DNA of 63,972 bases. It comes from an uncultured Verrucomicrobiota bacterium. Its GTDB lineage: Bacteria; Verrucomicrobiota; Verrucomicrobiia; Limisphaerales; CAIMTB01. The translations under genes were made by a program, and so were the position numbers. Positions 29,057 through 36,600 of the stretch are shown piece by piece (position 1 is the first letter of the stretch; each line of letters begins with the position of its first letter). Where the stretch lies: assembly GCA_964476125.1 (NCBI GenBank), contig CAYZAE010000015.1, positions 1-63,972 of the forward strand. The letters are read 5' to 3'. The notes below the pieces were generated by a model that saw nothing but the letters and a program-made list of their open reading frames with translations, ran no database searches and was not told the DNA's origin.

Positions 29057-29785
29057 TCAGGAAAACTCGGTTTCAATCAGTCGCGGAAGCTCGCGCACGC
29101 TCGGAATGACATGCGTATGGCGGTACACGCCCCAGGCCTCCACCGGACGCGGCCCGGTCAAAACCCCCACCACCCCGCGGCATCCCGCGTTGGTCCCCTC
29201 AAGCATGTCCGCCGGCGTGTCCCCGATCTTCAAAACCTGCGCCACACTCTGGATGTCGAGCTTCTCCATGGCATGGAAGATCATGAACGGCGCCGGCCGG
29301 CCGCGCTCGCCAGGGATGTCCTGGACGTCCACCGAGACATCCACCGACCCGTCCCGGAGCCAGCCCAGTCCTTCCATGATCGCCTGGGTGATCGTCTTGT
29401 GGAACCCGGTGTCCGTGGCCACCTTGATGCCATGGTCGTGGCACCACCGGAAAGTGTCCGCGGCCCCCGGCACCTCCCGAACCTCCGTCCGGTAGTGCTG
29501 GATCATGATCTCCTCGTACCGGTGAAACACCCGGGTCGCCAGGTCCAGCGTCGAAGGATCCTGCCCCTTCTCGAAGTCCCGGAAATCCGGGTTCTTCCCC
29601 TGGGATCGGGCGATCAGATACTGGTAGAGATGAATCTTGTTCGTGCCCATGTGGAGGAGGATCTCCTCCGGGGTCGCCGGAAGCCCGAACTCCACCGCCG
29701 CCCGGTGCAGGCAGTCACGCACACCGGTGTCGTCGTGCACCGTCGTGCCCGACAAATCGAACATCACCATCTTGATTTGACTCAT
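29057..29785 (-). CDS. HAD-superfamily phosphonatase-like hydrolase (PhnX-like)
   Basis: ATG 29785 (MSQIKMVMFDLSGTTV). Motif I is D-x-x-G-T as in phosphonoacetaldehyde hydrolases. Motif KIGDTPADMLEG. Confidence 0.8.
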   Translation of the reverse strand: MSQIKMVMFDLSGTTVHDDTGVRDCLHRAAVEFGLPATPEEILLHMGTNKIHLYQYLIARSQGKNPDFRDFEKGQDPSTLDLATRVFHRYEEIMIQHYRTEVREVPGAADTFRWCHDHGIKVATDTGFHKTITQAIMEGLGWLRDGSVDVSVDVQDIPGERGRPAPFMIFHAMEKLDIQSVAQVLKIGDTPADMLEGTNAGCRGVVGVLTGPRPVEAWGVYRHTHVIPSVRELPRLIETEFS

Positions 29786-29979
29786 GGAGGGAAAGAGAGG
29801 GGCCTTCAGGCGCCGGTTCCCGTACCTGCGGCAGATTCCGGCGCCCGTGCACGAGGCTACGCGCGCAACCCACGAACTCAAACGCAACCTGCCGCGGAAG
29901 GGGCGCGAAACGGAAAGTCTACCGCTTCGTTGCCAGGATGTGACGACACAATGCACGGGATTAGGCCTAAGATTCCCAT

Positions 29980-30699
29980 GTGCCGATTCCCGCCAACACC
30001 AACCTGATCGCCGCCAGAATCCTCAGGCTCTTTCGCACCCAGGGCCGTCAGCAGCTCGCGGGCGGCTTGTCGCTCGAGACTCACGCCCTCCGCTGCGCCA
30101 GCCTGGCCGGGGACGCCGGGGAACCGGACGCCTTGATTGCCGCGTGTCTGCTCCAGAATTACGGACGACTGATTCTCGGTGGCACCCATTCGCCACGACC
30201 GGCCGCGTGGCAGCCGGAGGCGGACCGCGTTGGCCCGGACCGCCTGGCTTCCTGGTTTAATCCGGAGGTCGTGGAACCGATCCGGCTCAAGGAGGACGCC
30301 CGCAGGTACCTTTGCTGGCGCGAACCCGGCTACCTCCGCTCCCTTCCGGTGCCCGTCCTTGAGGCGCTGCCCGCCTCCGGTGGCATCATGACCGACGGCG
30401 AAGCCTTCGAGTTTGAGGTCAATCCGCATTCCTCGGCCGCCGTCCGGCTCCAGCGTTACGCGGATCTGGCGCAGTCGCATGATCCAAGTCTTCCCGGAAT
30501 CGAATCCTTCGAACCGCTGCTTCTCTCCCTCATGCGCAAAGCGCTCGAGGAACGATTCGCGGCCTCCGCCTTCGGCGCTTCGCCCTCACGGCGGTTGCGT
30601 GAACTCCCGCCGGCCTTTGACGTCTGGGATCCGCTGACCGCCTCCCCCGCGCCTTCGTCCTTCCCGACACCGCAGCTGGCCTGGTGCAACGATCAGTGA
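29980..30699 (+). CDS. PhnZ-like HD-superfamily protein with degenerate metal-binding residues
   Basis: GTG start. It can be aligned by eye to the phosphonate-degradation HD oxygenase pattern (LETHALRCA, ARRYLC, GGIMTDGEAFEFE, VRLQRYAD). The HD dyad position reads LLQNYG. Confidence 0.65.
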   Translation: MPIPANTNLIAARILRLFRTQGRQQLAGGLSLETHALRCASLAGDAGEPDALIAACLLQNYGRLILGGTHSPRPAAWQPEADRVGPDRLASWFNPEVVEPIRLKEDARRYLCWREPGYLRSLPVPVLEALPASGGIMTDGEAFEFEVNPHSSAAVRLQRYADLAQSHDPSLPGIESFEPLLLSLMRKALEERFAASAFGASPSRRLRELPPAFDVWDPLTASPAPSSFPTPQLAWCNDQ

Positions 30700-30805
30700 A
30701 CCGGTTCCGGGACCCGGCCTTCGGCCCGCACCGAGTACCGACACGCCTTCCGCTGCGGTGATCTCGAAATCCGCCTCCTCGTTGTCGCCCCACGGCCCCG
30801 CCGCG

Positions 30806-32044
30806 ATGGGTGGGGCGGAGCGTCCGGGTTTTCTCCTCTCCTTGGTTTGCCTGGTGGCGGCTTTTGGCTGTTACACCTGCATGTACGGGCTCCGCAAACC
30901 GTTCACGGCGGGAAGCTACACCGACACCCCCTTCGGTCCCGGCTTCAAAACCTGGCTGCTCACCGCCCAGGTGCTCGGCTACACGCTTTCGAAGATCCTC
31001 GGCATCCGGTTCGTCTCCTCGCTCCCGCCTTCCCGGCGCGCCATCACGCTGGTCGGTCTGGTCGGCGTCGCCGAGATCGCGCTGGTCCTTTTCGCCCTGT
31101 TGCCGAGGCCGTGGAACATTGCCTGCCTCTTCCTCAATGGTCTGCCTCTCGGCCTGGTCTTCGGTCTCGTCCTGGGATTCCTCGAAGGCCGGCGCATGAC
31201 GGAGGCCCTGATCGCCGGACTCTGCGCCAGCTTCATTCTCGCCGATGGTCTCGCCAAAACCGTCGGCGCCCAACTGCTGGCCCACGGCGTTCCCGAGCGT
31301 TGGATGCCGGCCTTCGCCGGTCTTCTGTTTCTGTTTCCGCTCGTCGGGTTCGTAGGAATGCTGACCCGGATTCCACCGCCCACGGCCCGCGACATCGAGG
31401 CGCGTTCGGAGCGATTGCCCATGACCCGCGAGGATCGGTGGCTCTGGCTGCGGCGCCACGGCGTGGGCCTGGGACTGGTGGTGATCGCCTACCTCCTGGT
31501 CACCATCCTGCGAAGCCTGCGTGCTGACTTCGCGCCCGAACTCTGGCTCGCCCTGGGAACGTCCGGTCAACCCGGCGTGTTCACACGGTCCGAATTATGG
31601 GTCACACTCGGGGTCCTGATCGCCACCGGATCCTCCGTGCTCGTGTCCGACAACCGGAAGGCGCTCTCGCTTTCCCTCATGACCGGAGTGGCCGGACTCC
31701 TGCTCGTCGCCGTCTCCCTGTTTGCCCAAGCCAGCGGAAAGCTCTCCGCCTTCCCGTTCATGGTCCTGCTCGGACTCGGGCTCTACCTGCCTTACGTCGC
31801 GGTTCACACCACGGTCTTCGAGCGGCTCATCGCCCTGACGCGCGACCGCGGCAACGTTGGGTACTTGATGTATCTCGCAGATGCCGCGGGCTACCTGGGA
31901 TACGTCGCCGTGATGCTGGCCAAGGATGGATTGATGCGAGGCGGGGATTTTTTGCAGTTCTTCCGCGGCATCTCAGGGTGGATCTCCCTGCTGGCCGCAC
32001 TTGCCTTGCTGGCGGCCTGGCGACGTTTCCGTCGATACGCCTAA
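30806..32044 (+). CDS. polytopic membrane protein, MFS-like; resembles the DUF5690-type permeases seen in phosphonate clusters
   Basis: ATG 30806; the track GTG is at 30758. About 12 hydrophobic segments. The N-terminus is FGCYTCMYGLRKPFTAGSY. Confidence 0.7.
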   Translation: MGGAERPGFLLSLVCLVAAFGCYTCMYGLRKPFTAGSYTDTPFGPGFKTWLLTAQVLGYTLSKILGIRFVSSLPPSRRAITLVGLVGVAEIALVLFALLPRPWNIACLFLNGLPLGLVFGLVLGFLEGRRMTEALIAGLCASFILADGLAKTVGAQLLAHGVPERWMPAFAGLLFLFPLVGFVGMLTRIPPPTARDIEARSERLPMTREDRWLWLRRHGVGLGLVVIAYLLVTILRSLRADFAPELWLALGTSGQPGVFTRSELWVTLGVLIATGSSVLVSDNRKALSLSLMTGVAGLLLVAVSLFAQASGKLSAFPFMVLLGLGLYLPYVAVHTTVFERLIALTRDRGNVGYLMYLADAAGYLGYVAVMLAKDGLMRGGDFLQFFRGISGWISLLAALALLAAWRRFRRYA

Positions 32045-32055
32045 GGTTGCCGCGC

Positions 32056-32095
32056 GACGCGACGCGACGCGACGCGAGGCGAGGCGAGGCGACGC
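32056..32095. repeat. pentamer tandem array (GACGC)4(GAGGC)3(GACGC)1
   Basis: Lies 12 nt after the stop of the permease gene, between convergent genes. Confidence 0.85.
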
Positions 32096-32136
32096 CGCTT
32101 TTCAGGTCAGGTCCCGTTTCCGGAGAGCCGTCGCCC

Positions 32137-33138
32137 CTACCCGGCACCACCGGCGTCCTCCCCCGTCCCGGCCAGTCGCCGCGCCAGAATCGCGGCCCCC
32201 GCCATGCAGGCCTCGTCGCCCAGCGTCGAAGTCATGATCCGGGTGGTGGCGACCCGGTTGGCCTCATCGGTCTCCCGCAGGGATCGGATGATCAACGGGA
32301 GAAGTTCGTCGCCCAGGGCCTCCATCATGCCCCCGCCCAAAATGATGACTTCCGGCAGGTACGTTGCGATCACCCGAGCCAGAGCCCTGCCCGTCCAATG
32401 CGCCACCGAAAGCATCACCTCCACCACCAGCGGATCCCCCGCCCGGAAGGCCCGCCGTAATTCCTTGCTTCGCCAGGCGGCCCCGTCCTGGGGTCCCTCC
32501 GCCAAGAGAGAACGCCGCCCCCGCCCCACCCCCTCGCGAATCCGTGCCATCACCGCAGCCCGACTCGCCAGAACATCGAAACAACCCCGCTGCCCGCACG
32601 CGCAGACCGGCCCCTGTGGATCCAGCACCCAGTGCCCCAGCCCGTTCCCCTGGCTTTCAAATTCCGGATCGAGCGAGCCATCCACGACCATTCCCGCCCC
32701 AATGGCGGATCCCAGAAACAGGCCGAGCACCCGCCCCGACACCGCCTTCACCTCCCGGGAATAAACCCCCACGGTCGAAAGGCAGTGGTCGTTCCGCACG
32801 AACACCGGAATGCCCAACGCCGATCGGGACCGGGCTCCAAGGGGAAATCGCTGCCAGCCGAGCCGCTTCGAATCAACCCAGCCGTCCTGCCCCGCATCGA
32901 CGCTCCCCGGAACTCCAATCCCCACGGCCCGCACCTCCGACATGCTGATGTCGGCTTCGTCCACCACGTCCTCGATGCATTGCACGACCCGGGCGGCGAC
33001 GGCATCCGCACCCCGCTCCTTCTTGGTGCTCTTCCTCACCACATACAGACGGCGCCCATCCTCATCGAAGATGCCAGCCATGATCTTCATCGCACCGACG
33101 TCCACACCGGCAATGTATCCTGGGGATGGTTCGCGCAT
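32137..33138 (-). CDS. ROK family sugar kinase/regulator
   Basis: ATG 33138 (MREPSPGYIAGVDVGAMKI). ROK zinc motif CACGQRGCFDVLAS. Confidence 0.85.
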   Translation of the reverse strand: MREPSPGYIAGVDVGAMKIMAGIFDEDGRRLYVVRKSTKKERGADAVAARVVQCIEDVVDEADISMSEVRAVGIGVPGSVDAGQDGWVDSKRLGWQRFPLGARSRSALGIPVFVRNDHCLSTVGVYSREVKAVSGRVLGLFLGSAIGAGMVVDGSLDPEFESQGNGLGHWVLDPQGPVCACGQRGCFDVLASRAAVMARIREGVGRGRRSLLAEGPQDGAAWRSKELRRAFRAGDPLVVEVMLSVAHWTGRALARVIATYLPEVIILGGGMMEALGDELLPLIIRSLRETDEANRVATTRIMTSTLGDEACMAGAAILARRLAGTGEDAGGAG

Positions 33139-33463
33139 GGGAATGGGGGAGGAGTCTCTGGTTGGGATGGATCTGGGGAAAGCCTGTTCGCCAACCCAAA
33201 TCCGTCCGGAATTCGATGCAGAAACGGGAAGGTCGATGCCGAGGGGGGCCAGCCTGTCGCGAGCGAGTGACGAACGAACGACCGGCAGGTGAAGAACAAC
33301 CCACACTGTTCACAACCGCCTGCGAACAACTCCGGTCGACAACTCTCCCCGCGGCGTGACGGGGTCGCCAATGCGGGCGCAACCCCTCTCGGGATTCGGC
33401 GAATCGGAGACCGGTGAGGGATTCCGACCGGATCCCAACGCCAACGGCGTTGAGGCGCAAAGA

Positions 33464-33499
33464 CCAGGGTTGGCCGGCCATCGGCCAGGCCAACCCTGG
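33464..33499 (-). terminator. candidate terminator hairpin downstream of the giant gene
   Basis: Perfect 12-bp arms ccagggttggcc / ggccaaccctgg with a 12-nt loop. On the minus strand the hairpin is followed by tctttg. A second 7-bp hairpin lies at 33436-33452. Confidence 0.45.
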
Positions 33500-33626
33500 G
33501 TGTCAGTCCCATCTCAATGGTTCCAACCTCAAACGAGGTTGTGGCCTCCCATCACGGGTCTGCCGGGGGCCCCCATGGGCCCCCATGCGGGAACGGAGTG
33601 CGGTTGGCTTCCGCCCGTCGATTGAT

Positions 33627-36600
33627 TCACCGGCTCATCACCCGGAAGAACACCACCGAGCCGTCCGTTGGCACGGACACGCTGGTGTCCGACGTGGTCG
33701 ACAGATCCACCCACGCGCCTTCCGTGAGAGCCGTCCGGCTCTGCACCGTGTAGGGGGCGACGCCCCCGGTCCACGCGATGCGGAGGGCCGTCCCCTCCCG
33801 GATCACCGTGACCTGGATCGGGTCGATCGGGGCAGGCGTCGATTCACCGGCCGGGCCCGGATTGAAGCCGCCCTGTGCGCTGAGAATTCCCAGGGCCGAG
33901 ATGCCGCTCCAATCCGAGGCCCAGTTGCCCTCGGCAAAGGCGCCCTTGAAGGCGGCCGGCTGATAACCGGCCGACGCGGGCGCGACGCGGGTGGAGGTAA
34001 GCGCCGGGCTGCCGGCCGCGGGACGAGGGTCCAGCTTCCCATCCGCCTCACGACTGATCCCGCGCAGTTGGGGATTCACCGAGGTGCTGTTGTTGTTCGA
34101 CGCGGTGGTGAACACCTCGTTCGTGAACACGGGATTCGCGAAGCCCCACCAGAGGTTGTCCTGGATGAGGGGGGCCGAACCCGTCTGCGGTCCGCCGCCA
34201 TTAAGCGGCTGGCCGTTGAAGTCGGTGAAGATGCTGTTGTACCAGCCCGCCTTCACGTACCGGCGGAGGAGCATGGTGTGGTTGTTGGCCGTTCCACCCG
34301 CGGTCGCCCCGGCACCCACCAGCGTGGCGTTGTAGATTTCGTAGGTCGCGGCCGGCACACCATTCCCATCGTTCCGCTCGTTCGGTTCGCCGTTTTGCTC
34401 GGCACCGTTGTCGCGACGGTCGTTCGCCTGAATCGCGAACCAGAACTGGTTCCTGCCGCTCCAGCCCATGTCCGTGTCGAAGGCGTCGTCATCGTTGAAC
34501 GCCGAGACCAGATGGCTCGTGTCGACGGAACCCCCGAAGAACTCGAATCCATCGTCGGCGAACGACAGGGCCTCGACGAATTCGACGACCGTGCCGCGAC
34601 CGACACCGCCGAAGGAAGCGCCGTTGATCTCCTTGTCCGGACTGAGCCGCTGGCCACCGTGACGGATGGACACATAGCGGAGCACACCCGAGCTGTCGTT
34701 GTCGTCGGATCCCCCGAAGCGATGAACGTTCTGGCCGTTGATCACCAGGTCCTCGAGGCCTTCGTACAGCTCATACTTCGGGCTGGCCGCATCCCCGGCC
34801 GCGTTCACGGCCTTGTTGATCCGGGCATTGCCCAGGATCACCAACCCACCCCAAAGCCCGCGATCCGTGACACGCAGGTCCTCGGCATCCGTCAGGTCAT
34901 CCTCCTCGGCCGTGAAGATGATCGGATTATGAGGCGTTCCCTCGGCGATGATCTTTCCACCCCGGCAAACGAACAGGGAACCGAAGTTGGGGGCCGTCCC
35001 GTTCCGTCCCTTGATCACCGTACCCGGCTCGATGCGCAGGGTCGCCCCGCCCAGCACGTACACGTAGTTGGTCAGGATGTAGACATTGGTCGAAGCCCAG
35101 GTGACATCACCCGTGATGGTCTGGTTCGAGACGATGACCTCGTGATCCGTCGGGGGCAGGAAACCGTCCTGGGCGAGGGAGGTCCAGCCGCGGAGCCAGT
35201 TGTCGTGGGCATCAAAGGCGCCGTAGTGGGAGGCTGCCCGCAGGAAGCCGTCGTTCATCACGGCCGCCGCATTGCTGGCCGCAGGACTGCCCGGCATCAG
35301 TCGGGGATCCAGCGCGCCTTTCGCTTCGCGGCTGATCCCGCGGATCATCGGATCCAGGTTGGTCACGTTCCTTCTCGAGGCGGTCGTGAACAGGATGTTG
35401 GTGAACACGGGATCGGTGAAACCCCACCAGAGATTGTTGGTGACCGAGGGGTTGGATCCGGTCTGCGGCCCGCCGCCATTGAGGGGTTGGCCGTTGAAAT
35501 CCGTGAAGATGCTGTTCGCCCAGACCGACTGGTTGTAGCGCCGGAAGAGAAGCGCGTGATTGTTCGCAGTCCCGCCTGCTCCCGCGCCGGCGCCAATCAG
35601 CGTCGCATTGTAAACCTTGTAGTTGGCCACCGGAACTCCGAGCCCATCGTTCCGTTCGTTGGGTTCGCCGTTTTGCTCGGACCCATTGTCACGCCGGTCG
35701 TTCGACTGGAGCGCGAACCAGAACTGGTTGGTTCCGTTGTACCCCTGGTCCATGTCGAAGGCATCGTCGTCGTTGAAGGCCGAGACGAGATACCGCGTGT
35801 TGACGCTGCCGCCAAAGAATTCGAAACCGTCATCCGCGAAGGACACGGCCTCGACATATTCAAGGGTCGTTCCACGGCCGACACCGCCCAGCGACAGCCC
35901 GTTGATTTCCTTGTCAGGACTCAGCCGCTGACCGCCGTGCCGGAGGGAGACGTACCGAAGCACGCCCGAGTTGTCGTTCGCGTTGTCACCGCCGTAGCGA
36001 TGCACGTTCTGTCCGGCGATCACCAGATCCTCCAGACCCTCGTACAATTCGTATTTGGGAGTCGCCGCATCCCCCGCCGCATTGACGGCCTTGTTGATCG
36101 GCGCTTGGCCAAGGATCACCAGCCCGCCCCACAGACCTCGGTCGGTCACCCGGAGGTCTTCAGGATCCGTCACGTCATCTTCCTCGGCGGTAAAGATGAT
36201 CGGACGCGCGGGTGTACCCTCTGCGAAAATCTTTCCGCCACGGCAGACGAAGAGGCAACCGAAGTTCGGAGCGGCACCATTCCGCCCCTTGATCACGGTC
36301 CCAGGCTCGATCCGCAGACTGGCGCCGGAGAGCACGTAGACGTAGTTCGTCAGGATGTACGTCTTGTCCGCGGTCCAAACGACGTTGGACGAAATCGGTC
36401 CCTGAACCGTCACCACCGAGGGATCGCCAGGCGGCACGAGAAATCCGCCCTGGGAGAGGAAGGACCATCCGCTCGCCCAGCCTGTCCGGGAATTGAAGGC
36501 TCCCTTGTAGTTTGCCGGCGTGTAGAACCCATCGGCAGGTGTCGCGCGGGAGGTGGACAGCGCGGGGCTTCCATCAGCGGGCCGGGGATCCAGCATTCCG

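Noticed and set aside
29929-29957. CGTGCAT-tgtg-TCGTCAC-atcc-TGGCAAC (minus strand), considered as a fourth Pho box
   Set aside because: The match to the TYGTMAY core is weaker. It lies 144 nt from the HAD gene start and points away from the adjacent HD gene. It is mentioned under the phosphonate cluster but not annotated as a feature.
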